Source: a virus. Taken from it: DNA of 64,000 nucleotides. The stretch lies in the IMG/VR virus record IMGVR_UViG_3300045988_173726, positions 160,001 to 224,000 of that record, one strand, 5' to 3'. Made by a program: the position numbers and the translations under genes. The notes below the pieces were generated by a model that saw nothing but the letters and a program-made list of their open reading frames with translations, was not told the origin of the DNA and made no database searches. Shown piece by piece: positions 47,063-56,600 of this stretch (positions within the stretch are counted from its first letter, which is position 1; every line of letters starts with the position of its first letter).

Positions 47063-48823
47063 ATGGATGGATTTAATAGCTTTGACGATGACGAGATAGA
47101 GCTTCCAGAGGACAAGGGAGAGGTTACAGACCTAGCGGATAACGGAGAGCTTGAAAGTAGCGAGGATACCTTTGATGACGACATAGACGGTCTTTTGGGT
47201 AACTATAACGGGGAAGCGGATGAGACAGAGGACAGTCATGCGGGCGAGGAAGTTCTGTATGACGATAACGGAGAGCCTTATTACGCGAGTGACTTGGTAG
47301 ATGAGGACGAGAGCGAAGAGTCGGGTCACGAGAGTTTATCAGAGGACGTAGAGGGTAGCACAGTAGGTTCGGACGAAGAGGACGGATTAGACACTATCAG
47401 CGAGGAAAGTGTTGATAGCATAGACGAGGAAGCGGATAGCGAAGAAGCCGAGGATGATACGAGTGATAGTACGGGTGAGGTGGCTACGGTTCGGAGTGAT
47501 AGTTTCCTAGACGAGAACGGAAATGTTCGGGTCATGGACACGGAGGCTTCGGGAGAGACTTTCGAGTTAATCAAGATAAAGTACGAGAATCTAGGCTATA
47601 GTAAGAGAATCCGCACGAGTAAGAATGTGGACGACTTGACAAGTAGCATACGGAGTACGGGTTTACTCAATCCTATCGTAGTTGCGCCGTCAGTCACAGA
47701 GGGCGTTTATGCGATAATTGACGGGTATCGAAGGATTCTTGCTTGTTCAAAGGTCGGAATCAAAGAGATTCCTGCAATCGTAAACAGAAAGATAACTACG
47801 AAAGAGATAGCTGTAGTAGAAGCTCTTTATAATCACAAGAAGCCCTACACGATGCAGGAGATAGTAGATTATATCGAGTATCTTGAAAAGGAGAAGGGAA
47901 TCACCGACCCGCCGACAGTTGAGTATTTATTAGACTTAAATAACGGTGACTACAGTAAGCTAAAAGACATTCTGTCGGACAATGACGAAGAGATAGTGAG
48001 TAAGCTCCTTGAGGGTCAGCTTACTATCGGGGAAGCGTTTAAGAGGCTTGAGAAGCGCCGTTCAAAGGAGACCCGTGAAGAGAAAGACATTAAGAAAGCG
48101 GGGAAAGTTTATAACGAGGGGGGCGGCACAGAGGAGAGCGCGTTAAATAACTCTGGCGAGATGGCAGACAGCGGAGAGGAGTCGGAAGAGGACAAGGGGT
48201 CGCGTTTAACAGCCGACCAGATAGCGGCGCTAGCTGTTGACCCGAGTAAGATAGATTCCGAGATAGAGGATAAGTCGCTTGACGAGATGATAGCGGAGAG
48301 CGATAAGACAGAGGGCTTTGAGCCGCATCAGCAGAAGGTAGGGGAGAGGGAGTATTTAGACCCTGCAATCAAGAAAGCGGTTTTAGCGAGAGACAAGTTT
48401 ACTTGCCAGTGCTGTGGAATTGGAAAAGACGATAGCGAGAGTTATGTAAGCGTAATGGACGCGCATCACATTATACCAGTCTTTCTCGGGGGCAAGGACA
48501 CCTCGGAGAGCGGAGTAACGAATATAGATAACATCGTTACGCTCTGCATCATCTGTCATAAAATGGTACATGAGTTTTCTACGGGAGATTTGCACTTGCC
48601 GAGAGAGCGTAAGGCAGACGAAGTAGCAGAGATGAGTGTGGAAGAGCGTGAGCAGTATAAGAAAGAGCAGACGCGCTTCAAGAAAGTCGTTTATTTTGGA
48701 GATTTAATCAGAAAGGCGATGGCACAGCGAGGTATCAATCGCAAGGAGTTTAAGAAACAGCATCCTTCTAACGCAATAGGACGAAGGAAGCCGGGAAAGA
48801 ACACGCCACAGGTCGATATTTAA
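47063..48823 (+). CDS. ParB/Srx-like nuclease domain fused to an HNH endonuclease, with an acidic N-terminus
   Basis: ParB N-domain GLLNPIVVAPSVTEGVYAIIDGYRRILA. HNH CQCCG ... DAHHIIPVFLGG ... NIVTLCIICHKMVHE. The N-terminal 150 aa are D/E/S-rich. Confidence 0.8.
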   Translation: MDGFNSFDDDEIELPEDKGEVTDLADNGELESSEDTFDDDIDGLLGNYNGEADETEDSHAGEEVLYDDNGEPYYASDLVDEDESEESGHESLSEDVEGSTVGSDEEDGLDTISEESVDSIDEEADSEEAEDDTSDSTGEVATVRSDSFLDENGNVRVMDTEASGETFELIKIKYENLGYSKRIRTSKNVDDLTSSIRSTGLLNPIVVAPSVTEGVYAIIDGYRRILACSKVGIKEIPAIVNRKITTKEIAVVEALYNHKKPYTMQEIVDYIEYLEKEKGITDPPTVEYLLDLNNGDYSKLKDILSDNDEEIVSKLLEGQLTIGEAFKRLEKRRSKETREEKDIKKAGKVYNEGGGTEESALNNSGEMADSGEESEEDKGSRLTADQIAALAVDPSKIDSEIEDKSLDEMIAESDKTEGFEPHQQKVGEREYLDPAIKKAVLARDKFTCQCCGIGKDDSESYVSVMDAHHIIPVFLGGKDTSESGVTNIDNIVTLCIICHKMVHEFSTGDLHLPRERKADEVAEMSVEEREQYKKEQTRFKKVVYFGDLIRKAMAQRGINRKEFKKQHPSNAIGRRKPGKNTPQVDI

Positions 48824-48847
48824 GCGTATAAGAGGGGGTAAAGTCCT

Positions 48848-49513
48848 TTGAGGGTAGGAAAGATAAGGTTAAGTCTGCATGGAGTGGCGTTAGCTTGCTA
48901 CTGCGCGGTATTTCTAGCGTTAGCGGTATTATCGGCAATGTTTTACGACATGCAGACCTTGGTTTACGGGTTTCTAGGAATATCAATGCTTGAACTCGGA
49001 TACTTGGTTATTCAGCAGAGCAGAGGAAAGACAGCTACTAAGAGTCCGAGCGTGAGGCTTGGGTTGGTAGCAGTTCTCGGGATTACGGTAGGCAGTCACT
49101 TTATAAGCTATGGTGCAGTGACTGCGGCGGCGGTGATAGCGGTGACAGGGCTTATTGTTATCGTGTTAAGCCTAAAGGAGATAGGTGCAAAAGAGGTTGT
49201 GCTTGCGTTTTGCTTAATGGTCGGTATGTCAGCGCTCACGCTTGTTTATCCGATGGGTTTATCAAGGTTTACGGATGAGCGGGATTTAAGAAGTGTAAGG
49301 GCGGTAGACAAGTATAGCGAGTATCTAGGAAACAGCGAGAAGCTATTAAGGCTTTCGCTAGACTATGATTTCTCGGTCGGGGGTAACGACATAGACGCGG
49401 ATACCCTAACGGTGCTTTCTTCGATTACTGGGAGAGAGGCAACGGTCGAAGCAGTTACGGACAGTGCGCTTGTAGACAGGGCGATAAGTGACTATAAGAA
49501 TAGTCGGGAGTAA
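48848..49513 (+). CDS. multi-pass membrane protein
   Basis: About 5 hydrophobic helices. TTG start after SD GAGGGGG. Confidence 0.55.
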   Translation: MRVGKIRLSLHGVALACYCAVFLALAVLSAMFYDMQTLVYGFLGISMLELGYLVIQQSRGKTATKSPSVRLGLVAVLGITVGSHFISYGAVTAAAVIAVTGLIVIVLSLKEIGAKEVVLAFCLMVGMSALTLVYPMGLSRFTDERDLRSVRAVDKYSEYLGNSEKLLRLSLDYDFSVGGNDIDADTLTVLSSITGREATVEAVTDSALVDRAISDYKNSRE

Positions 49514-49516
49514 ACT

Positions 49517-50104
49517 ATGAAAGGCAAGATAATCACGCGAGAAGAGGTTATGAAGCGGAGTCTTATTTTGCCTGAGGTTTTAGCGAATATACCCGATAGG
49601 TGCGAGTGCGGGGGCGAAGTAGGGTTTAGTAGTGACCTTAGAGAAGTGGTCTGTCTAAATCCGAAGTGCTTTTATAAGACAGCGGAGCGGCTGGGCGACA
49701 TGGCAGAGGCTATGGGGGTAACGGGGTTTGATAAGTGGACTTGTACTCGGATTTGTAAAGAGTTTAAGTTAGAAAGCCCGTTTATGGCGTTTCTGATAGA
49801 GAGTAAAGATAAAGGTCTTAATGAGAAACTTAACGCCTTAAGGGAGAGTCCTAGCCGAGAGTGTAGCCTAGTCGAAATGGCAGAATACAGTGGGATTCCG
49901 TTGATAGCCGATAATGCAGAGACGCTGTTTCGTAAGGTAGGGAGTATCGAGCAGTTTTACGGCAGTATCATCGGGGAGCGAGTACGAGAGTGCTGTAGAG
50001 GCGGAGTTGGACTTTCGGAGTTAAGCGTAGCGCTTCAAGAGAGTAAAGAAGAATTGACGCTTGGCGAGCGGGTGTTTTATATAAGGGGTCGGCATGGCAG
50101 ATAA
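49517..50104 (+). CDS. LigA-like zinc-finger plus helix-hairpin-helix fragment (C-terminal part of the split ligase)
   Basis: Four-Cys module CECGGEVGFSSDLREVVCLNPKCFYK, followed by RLGDMAEAMGVTGFDKW. This matches the LigA Zn-finger/HhH order. No BRCT domain. Confidence 0.55.
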   Translation: MKGKIITREEVMKRSLILPEVLANIPDRCECGGEVGFSSDLREVVCLNPKCFYKTAERLGDMAEAMGVTGFDKWTCTRICKEFKLESPFMAFLIESKDKGLNEKLNALRESPSRECSLVEMAEYSGIPLIADNAETLFRKVGSIEQFYGSIIGERVRECCRGGVGLSELSVALQESKEELTLGERVFYIRGRHGR

Positions 50105-50507
50105 ATACCGAGTAACTGGAAAAGTTTATTCTGGTGTGGAGATAGCAGGGTTTTCAATAGAGGACAGCGCGGGAGCGGTTAAGCATATCTCAAAGAAGAA
50201 GTTAATTGAGATGATAAAGGCAGGGCTTATAGAGAACATGGGTCTTGTTGAGAGGGACGGAGAGACAATAATAACTGGGGCATTTGACAAGATACCTTCG
50301 GTCGCAACGGTCGGGAGGCTCGGATATAAGAGCAGGGTTACGGACGACAGCGGTCATGTTACGGGGTACACGCTCTCTATTGAGGGAAAAGAGGACGAGA
50401 TAGAGGTAAGTATAGACAAGGCGTGGGAGCTGTGCTTTAGTGTCGGGGTAGCCGACATGAAAGCCTATCTTTCGCCAAGCAACGAGAAATATATCATTGT
50501 GAGTTGA
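50094..50507 (+). CDS. hypothetical protein with two copies of the paralog module
   Basis: VEIAGFSIEDSAGAVKHISKKKLIEMIKAGLIENM and VTGYTLSIEGKEDEIEVSIDKAWEL. Confidence 0.55.
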   Translation: MADKYRVTGKVYSGVEIAGFSIEDSAGAVKHISKKKLIEMIKAGLIENMGLVERDGETIITGAFDKIPSVATVGRLGYKSRVTDDSGHVTGYTLSIEGKEDEIEVSIDKAWELCFSVGVADMKAYLSPSNEKYIIVS

Positions 50508-50522
50508 TAGAGAGGTAACAAA

Positions 50523-50867
50523 ATGAGAAGTGCAGTGACAGCGGGTATCTTAATCGCGAATCTCCTGTTTATTTGGTGGTTTCGTAGATATAGCGAGGAC
50601 AGGGGAATGGTAGCCGAGAATCCGTTTAAGTTTATATACACATTTTATTGTGTGACGCTGTTTGGCGGGCTGTATGCGGCAAGGTTAAGCGATGTTTCGA
50701 TAGCTTCTAGGTTTACGAAAGCCTTTATGGAGTTACAGGTAATGCTTTTACTGTATAGTTTAGTAGTTCCGTTTGTAATCGGGGTAAAGAGCCTTGTTAA
50801 TAAGATTGCTACGGTGATTCTGGTATACAGTGCGAGCCTTCTTGTAATAAGGATTCTGGTTAGGTAA
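50523..50867 (+). CDS. small multi-pass membrane protein
   Basis: 114 aa with 3-4 hydrophobic helices. Confidence 0.5.
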   Translation: MRSAVTAGILIANLLFIWWFRRYSEDRGMVAENPFKFIYTFYCVTLFGGLYAARLSDVSIASRFTKAFMELQVMLLLYSLVVPFVIGVKSLVNKIATVILVYSASLLVIRILVR

Positions 50868-50911
50868 AGGCTGTGGATAGGGTGTAAAATAAAGACAACA
50901 GGGGAGTATTC

Positions 50912-52354
50912 ATGCAGAGTAGCGATATAACGAGAAGAAATGCGGCGAAGAGGATATTTGAGTATATAGCGACCGCAGAGAGTCCGAGTGCTAACGACTA
51001 TCTAAGGAGAGTGGTTAAGCAGTTTAAGGACGAGGATATAGACGCAGTAAGCGTGGTGTTTAGCACAGATTGCAAAAACCTTACTACGATTCAGAACTAT
51101 ATCGAGTATGTAGTAGCAGAGAAGCATAAGGCAGAGATTTCAGAGCGTTATTCTTCATATAAGCTAGGTTTATCTACGGCGACTGATTTAAGTGAGCAGT
51201 TAGCGGAGTGGGTAGCTACGCCGTGCTTTGAGTCGGTAGAGATAAACGAGGGTTTGCTAGGTACTAGCATAGAGACGCTTAAGAGCCTAGGCGTTCCCGC
51301 GATATATGTTAGGTATTTAACGAGTTATTACGGAACGACTTACGGAGAGGTCGTAAATACGAACGCTTTTAGGGTATTAGAGCCTAGGTTTCATTTGTCT
51401 AAGATGCTCTCTAAGCCGTTGGCAGAGGTAATAGACGAGATACTAAAGGAAGGCTGTGCTAGGTTTAAGACGAATGTCTACGAGTTTATAGAACTCTACT
51501 TAGACCCGTCAACGCGGATAACTTGTGCAGAGTTTGCGCGTAAGGTCGGCATTACGAAGCAGTTTATAAGTTTTAGTCTCGGCAGGGCGCTCGGAGAGGT
51601 AAGGGATATAGCGAAGGTTTATGCGTTTGGTGCAGATTTTTCAAAGCGTATACGGGTTTTAACAGAGAGTAGATATGATACGCTTATAAGTCTTATATTA
51701 GCACCGAGTCAGAGCCGTTATCCCCGTGTCGTAGGAATAGATGAGGGCGAGGTAGCAGAGCTAATCGGTGCGGTAGAGGAGCTTGGCGTAAGGGTTACTA
51801 AGCTAGGCGAAGCATATAGAGAGTTACACAACGAGTTTAATCTAAATCGTGACGAGTTTAATATGCTAATCGGTATGCTTGATAAGAAGCGGTATACGAT
51901 TACGGAGAGCAGTATAACGAGAAAGAAGCAGGAGATTTTCGACACACTAAACAGCCTTGTATCAGAGCAGTACGGAAGTAGCGGTATAGACATCAACGAC
52001 AACGAAGTGGTAGAAGCCCTAAACACTAAGATTAACGCCTTAAAGGGCTATGATAGAACGGTAGACGGACTAAAGGTAGCGATAAGGCGTGACTTAATGG
52101 ATTTAGGTAACGGCAGATATGCAAGCTTTGACGATGTGGAGTATAAAGCGACGGTAGTTCCGAGGTTAATGACTTATATCGTTTCAAACGGCGGTAAGGT
52201 AAACTACCTTGAGATGTTTGACGACTTAGAGTTTGTGTTAAAGAAGTACGGAATTACGAGTGCGGCGTATCTAAAGACAGTGCTTATAGTGGCGCTTGGG
52301 CATAAGGTTAAGTGCGGTCGGTGGTCTTGTGAAGTAAGGGAGGGAGTAGAGTGA
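50912..52354 (+). CDS. hypothetical protein with a possible helix-turn-helix
   Basis: 480 aa. HTH-like segment ITCAEFARKVGITKQFISFSLGRA. Confidence 0.45.
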   Translation: MQSSDITRRNAAKRIFEYIATAESPSANDYLRRVVKQFKDEDIDAVSVVFSTDCKNLTTIQNYIEYVVAEKHKAEISERYSSYKLGLSTATDLSEQLAEWVATPCFESVEINEGLLGTSIETLKSLGVPAIYVRYLTSYYGTTYGEVVNTNAFRVLEPRFHLSKMLSKPLAEVIDEILKEGCARFKTNVYEFIELYLDPSTRITCAEFARKVGITKQFISFSLGRALGEVRDIAKVYAFGADFSKRIRVLTESRYDTLISLILAPSQSRYPRVVGIDEGEVAELIGAVEELGVRVTKLGEAYRELHNEFNLNRDEFNMLIGMLDKKRYTITESSITRKKQEIFDTLNSLVSEQYGSSGIDINDNEVVEALNTKINALKGYDRTVDGLKVAIRRDLMDLGNGRYASFDDVEYKATVVPRLMTYIVSNGGKVNYLEMFDDLEFVLKKYGITSAAYLKTVLIVALGHKVKCGRWSCEVREGVE

Positions 52355-53565
52355 AGAGGCGTAAGGTAGTTTATGCGGCACTTTTAGCGACAGCGGTGCT
52401 GGGGCTAACGGCTTGTGGAAAGACAGTGGTTTATGACGAGTCGAATCTGCCGACCGAGACGGTAAAGGGAGCAGAGACAGGGGAAGCTGTGACAGAAGCG
52501 GCTAGGTCAGAGAGCGCAGAAAGTACGGATAGTGGGAAGCCCGAGAATGACGGCGCACGGTCAGCGGGGATAGATAAAGTCCATGAGGTTGTAGATAATA
52601 AGGCAACCAATACAAAGATAGAGGACACGGCTAAGCAACAGGAAGTGATAGCGGCGATACGTGGGAAATTAAACGAGGCGCACAGCAGTTTATCCTCGGT
52701 CGGGACGGTAAACTTCGAGATGATACAGCTTGACAAAGCGTCTTATGCGCCGAAGCGGTATATTGCGAACATAAATCGGACGGTTAAAAAGACGGGCAAG
52801 GTGTATTCGGTAGAGTCCTTGTCGGACGAGACATATAAGGGAGTGGAATCGCTTACGAACAGAAAGACTTATCTAATCGACAGCGGGGAGAGGACTTTAA
52901 GCTACTCTAAGAAGTACGATTCAACGCTAGAGGACGGAAGTAAGAAGCCGTGGCTTGCGGTAATCGTAGATAAGGACATAGAGAACGAGCCAATAAACTT
53001 ATCGGAGATAGACAAGGTGATTGACCTAAGTTTATTTGAGGTAGGCGAGGAGACGAATGACAACATCGAGAGTTATACGCTGACTTGCTATATACCAATC
53101 TACAGCGAGCTTGAGTTAATGGGCATCAATCCAGACAGTGTGCTTGTAAGTAAGGATAACTCTGGCGGGTATAAGGGAACGATAAAGATTTACGCAGATA
53201 AGAGCGACTATACGATACATAAAATTGAGTTTTCTGGAAAGAAAGCGATGGATGTGTATTACAATAACACATATACGGCGAGCGGAGAGTCGAGTGAAGA
53301 GGTAAAGATACAGAAGTGCAGGGCATCGTTTAAGCTGGGCGACTATAGCGACCTTAAGATAGACATTCCGAAGGAGATAGAGGAGAAGCTTCCAGAGGAT
53401 GCGAAGGCGGCGGCAGAGTCGTTTGTAACGCCGACCGAGGATAAGGAGTCGATAAGCCTAGACGGAGACTTTAGTTTAGGGCTAGACGCAGAAAAGGCGG
53501 ACGATAGCGGCAAGGCAGAGACGAGCGGCACAGACGCGGCGAGTGAAGATTCCCTTAAAAAGTAA
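52351..53565 (+). CDS. lipoprotein
   Basis: Signal peptide MKRRKVVYAALLATAVLGLTAC with a lipobox. Confidence 0.7.
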   Translation: MKRRKVVYAALLATAVLGLTACGKTVVYDESNLPTETVKGAETGEAVTEAARSESAESTDSGKPENDGARSAGIDKVHEVVDNKATNTKIEDTAKQQEVIAAIRGKLNEAHSSLSSVGTVNFEMIQLDKASYAPKRYIANINRTVKKTGKVYSVESLSDETYKGVESLTNRKTYLIDSGERTLSYSKKYDSTLEDGSKKPWLAVIVDKDIENEPINLSEIDKVIDLSLFEVGEETNDNIESYTLTCYIPIYSELELMGINPDSVLVSKDNSGGYKGTIKIYADKSDYTIHKIEFSGKKAMDVYYNNTYTASGESSEEVKIQKCRASFKLGDYSDLKIDIPKEIEEKLPEDAKAAAESFVTPTEDKESISLDGDFSLGLDAEKADDSGKAETSGTDAASEDSLKK

Positions 53566-53610
53566 GGGGAAATAAGGGAAAGTAGACAAGAGTAAGGGCA
53601 ATAGCTTTCG

Positions 53611-53645
53611 GGCGGGGTTTAGGAGACCCCGCCTTTTTATTTTGG
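53611..53645 (+). terminator. rho-independent terminator
   Basis: Stem GGCGGGG / CCCCGCC, then TTTTTATTTT. Confidence 0.8.
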
Positions 53646-54108
53646 GGAAAAGCGGGCGTGGGGTTTAACAGGTACGGTAGGGGCTGGCAGTCTTAATTTT
53701 GATTTTGAGCTATTTTTGCCCGAGAGTTCTTTAGGGATTTCAGAGGGAAAGGCTTTAGGGGCAGGGGAATAGGGGTAAGAGGGAGAGTGGTCTTAAAAGG
53801 GCTTCTCGTGGGTATAGCGGGGTAACAGATGGGACGGGAGGTGGAGTCGGACATTGAGCGGGTCAGTAGCGGCACAGGGGAGGTGGGGCGAGATAAGGGG
53901 AGGGTCTTTGGGGATGTTCCCGAAACAAATGTCGGGAACATAGGATGGCGAGACAGAAAGCCCCTGTCGCGCACGGGAAGGGGTCAAATCGGGGCTTTAG
54001 TGGTTTCTGGGTAGGAACAAGTAGGATGGGGGCAGATGGCGGTTTATGGGGTTTCTCGTGGGTCTTAGGGGCAAGTGATTATTTTGCTAGGAGTTTATAA
54101 GAAAGTGG
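53646..54108. other. G-rich, C-poor non-coding region with G-quadruplex motifs and short repeats
   Basis: No credible ORF. G4 motif GGGGcaGGGGaataGGGGtaagaGGG at 53758-53783. The 11-mer ttctcgtgggt occurs at 53803 and 54053. Inverted repeat GTTCCCGA/TCGGGAAC at 53916-53939. Confidence 0.6.
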
Positions 54109-54137
54109 TTGCAAGCTAATAACTTTCGTGCTAAAAT
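54109..54137 (+). promoter_or_regulatory. sigma-A type promoter
   Basis: TTGCAA, a 17 nt spacer, then TAAAAT, 40 nt upstream of the methyltransferase start. Confidence 0.6.
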
Positions 54138-54176
54138 AGGCTTAAATAGTATAACTAGTTGGAAACGGAGGGCAAA

Positions 54177-55145
54177 ATGGCAGGGAACAGTAATCTTCAC
54201 AGAGCAAAAGAGGCGAAGAACGATGAGTTCTACACACAGCTTTCGGATGTAGAGAATGAGCTTGTGCATTATCGGGAGCATTTTAGGGGTAAGACAGTGT
54301 TTTGTAACTGTGATGACCCGACATGGAGTGCGTTCTGGAAGTATTTTCATTTGAATTTCGGCTTTCTTGGTCTTACGCGTCTTGTTTCTACGCATTACGA
54401 CAAAGAGCAAAGCACATATATGATGGAGTATCTTGGCGGGGATGATAACGATGTGAGTGTCGGGACGAAAACGCCGCTCAAGGGAAACGGAGATTTTAGA
54501 AACGAAGAGTGTTTGGAATTGCTTCGGCAGAGTGACATCGTGGTGACGAACCCGCCGTTTTCGCTGTTTAGAGAGTTTATCGGGACGCTGATGGAGTATG
54601 AGAAGAAGTTTATTGTGTGGGGAAACAATAACGCTGTAACATATAAGGAATTCTTTCCGTTGATTCGTGAAGATAAGTTATGGCTCGGGTATTTGTCGAA
54701 TAAGACCTGCATATTCGGGGTAGGTGAAGGCTATAGGTACGATGAGAAGATAACGGCACAGATGAATGACGGAATGAAGTACGGGAAAGTTCCTGCAATT
54801 TCGACTTTTACCAACCTCGACATCAAGAAGCGTCACGAAAATCTTATTCTCTATAAGCATTATAGTCCCGAGGGATTTCCGAAGTATGATAACTACGATG
54901 CAATCAACGTAGACAAGGTATCGGATATACCGATGGATTATGACGGAGTAATGGGAGTTCCTATTACATTTCTCGACAAGTATAATCCAGAGCAGTTTGT
55001 GCTTATCGGAACAGATTTTCAAGTAAAAGACGGCGAGTTAGCTGACATCAGAAATAAGAGTTGGGGCGGTAAGTTTGACAGGGGCTATATTAACGGTAAG
55101 CGTCTCTATTCGAGGGTGTTTATTCGTAAAACATTACATAGCTAA
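54177..55145 (+). CDS. orphan N6-adenine DNA methyltransferase (EcoRI-methylase-like family)
   Basis: Start moved to ATG 54177 (SD GGAGGG). Motifs NDEFYTQLSDVENEL, VFCNCDDP and the catalytic DIVVTNPPFSLFREF. No nuclease partner nearby. Confidence 0.7.
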   Translation: MAGNSNLHRAKEAKNDEFYTQLSDVENELVHYREHFRGKTVFCNCDDPTWSAFWKYFHLNFGFLGLTRLVSTHYDKEQSTYMMEYLGGDDNDVSVGTKTPLKGNGDFRNEECLELLRQSDIVVTNPPFSLFREFIGTLMEYEKKFIVWGNNNAVTYKEFFPLIREDKLWLGYLSNKTCIFGVGEGYRYDEKITAQMNDGMKYGKVPAISTFTNLDIKKRHENLILYKHYSPEGFPKYDNYDAINVDKVSDIPMDYDGVMGVPITFLDKYNPEQFVLIGTDFQVKDGELADIRNKSWGGKFDRGYINGKRLYSRVFIRKTLHS

Positions 55146-55409
55146 AGCAAGTAAGCTTGGCGCTAGTTAATGAATGTGTCATTTTATGCGTGCAATAGAT
55201 ATGGGACAGAAATCGAGACGATAGACTTGTTTTATCCAAAGTCTATGGCGATTTGTGGATGTATGAACTCTCCAAAAGACACCTTAGTGAGTGGTGTAAA
55301 GAAGTATGCGAGGCTTCTGATTAGGTTTCGGCAGAAGTAGGCTTAGTGAAAGCAAGAGCGAGAGCTGATTGACTAGCTTATTTGCGAGTTAGCAGAAAGG
55401 GGGGTTTGT

Positions 55410-55724
55410 TTGGGCAACGATAATAAATCTTCGGAGGTAGTAGGGATTATCTCTGTGATAGCTTTTGTAAGCGTGCTTGTTCTGTTGTCATGGTGGATTT
55501 CGTCTACTGCATTGGAGAGGTTTCAAGCGTCAAAGGGTAGTGATTCAGACACTACACGGGTATACGCTGTGTTTAACCGTGCAACTGTAAATTATTGGAC
55601 GAAAGCCCGTTTAGACGCACTGAAAGTAAAGTACGGAACAGAGATAGCAGAGCCTTTGACAGAGGATATGTCAATGGAAAGCGTATGTATTCGCGTATTC
55701 TCATTAGGTATCATAACGATTTAA
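55410..55724 (+). pseudogene. truncated member of membrane-protein paralog family B (N-terminal third only)
   Basis: Has the TM plus TRVYAVFNRATVNYWTKARLDALKVKYGTEIAEP, as in the next two genes, but stops after 104 aa. Confidence 0.5.
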
Positions 55725-55739
55725 GCGAGGGAAACAGTT

Positions 55740-56600
55740 TTGCAGTACAATAGCGACAATGTAATGAGGCGGCTATTACAGCTGTGTGCAACGATTTTTC
55801 TCATGGTGATTACGGTTTCCGTTATCGTGTCGGTAGTTTCTGAACAGAAGGCATTTGAGGAAAACAGTAAAACAGAGGATACTCGGGTAAGCGCTGTTTT
55901 TGAGCGAGCAACAGTTGTATATTGGAGTAAGAGTCGTTTAGACGGGTTGAAGGTAAAGTACGAGGCAGAGATAGCCGAGCCGAGGATAGATTATTGGACT
56001 CGGGAGTATTTGGATACTTCATATGTTAGGTATCAGCAGGGGTTTATAGATATTCCTGCTAGGACAGCTTATTTGCCAAAGTATCGTCCGACAAGAAGGA
56101 ATCGCTTGAAGGTAGAGACTCTAGTAAGGTCTACGAGGTATGTGTATAGCTGGGTAGTTCCGCTTACGCTTTATAGGAACGAAATTAATTCCGAGGTAAA
56201 CCCAGACAGTGAGGCGGTATGTGATATTATTTTCCAGTCCGGAGAAACAGAGGAGTATACCTTCAAGGCAAAGTATTCAGTGAGTGAGAGAGCCTTTCAT
56301 ATAAGTACTTATGTGTCGGATGGGTGGTCTGACAGGCAAGAGGGAATTTTTGATGTTCATTTTAAGTTGAAAAACTTAGTTTCTGGAAGAAAGTATCTTT
56401 TAGGTAGCCAAGAGTTTATTGCAGATGACAGCGGGGAGCGGGATTGCAGTATAGACATACCAAATTACGGTCTGCGTTCATATTTGTTTAATGAAGATTC
56501 TTCTTATCGTGTGCTGTTGCATAGTATGGACGATAGCGGGGTGCTTAAAGAGGAGTTAGCGTTTGATGTGTCGTTAGGAGATATAGACTGGAAGAGATGA
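55740..56600 (+). CDS. single-pass membrane protein, paralog family B
   Basis: TM, then TRVSAVFERATVVYWSKSRLDGLKVKYEAEIAEP. C-terminal FDVHFKLKNLVSGRKYLLGSQEFIADDSGERDCSIDIPNYG. Confidence 0.65.
   Translation: MQYNSDNVMRRLLQLCATIFLMVITVSVIVSVVSEQKAFEENSKTEDTRVSAVFERATVVYWSKSRLDGLKVKYEAEIAEPRIDYWTREYLDTSYVRYQQGFIDIPARTAYLPKYRPTRRNRLKVETLVRSTRYVYSWVVPLTLYRNEINSEVNPDSEAVCDIIFQSGETEEYTFKAKYSVSERAFHISTYVSDGWSDRQEGIFDVHFKLKNLVSGRKYLLGSQEFIADDSGERDCSIDIPNYGLRSYLFNEDSSYRVLLHSMDDSGVLKEELAFDVSLGDIDWKR

Noticed and set aside
53693-54014. ORFs 53693-53974 (-), 53793-53987 (-) and 53829-54014 (+) in the G-rich island
   Set aside because: The open frames follow from extreme G/C-strand bias. There is no SD, the translations are G/R/P-rich, and the ORFs sit between a terminator and a promoter.
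55170-55340. 56 aa ORF (MNVSFYACNRYGTEIETIDLFYPKSMAICGC...) downstream of the methyltransferase
   Set aside because: It has no Shine-Dalgarno sequence and no recognisable motif. It cannot be distinguished from chance.
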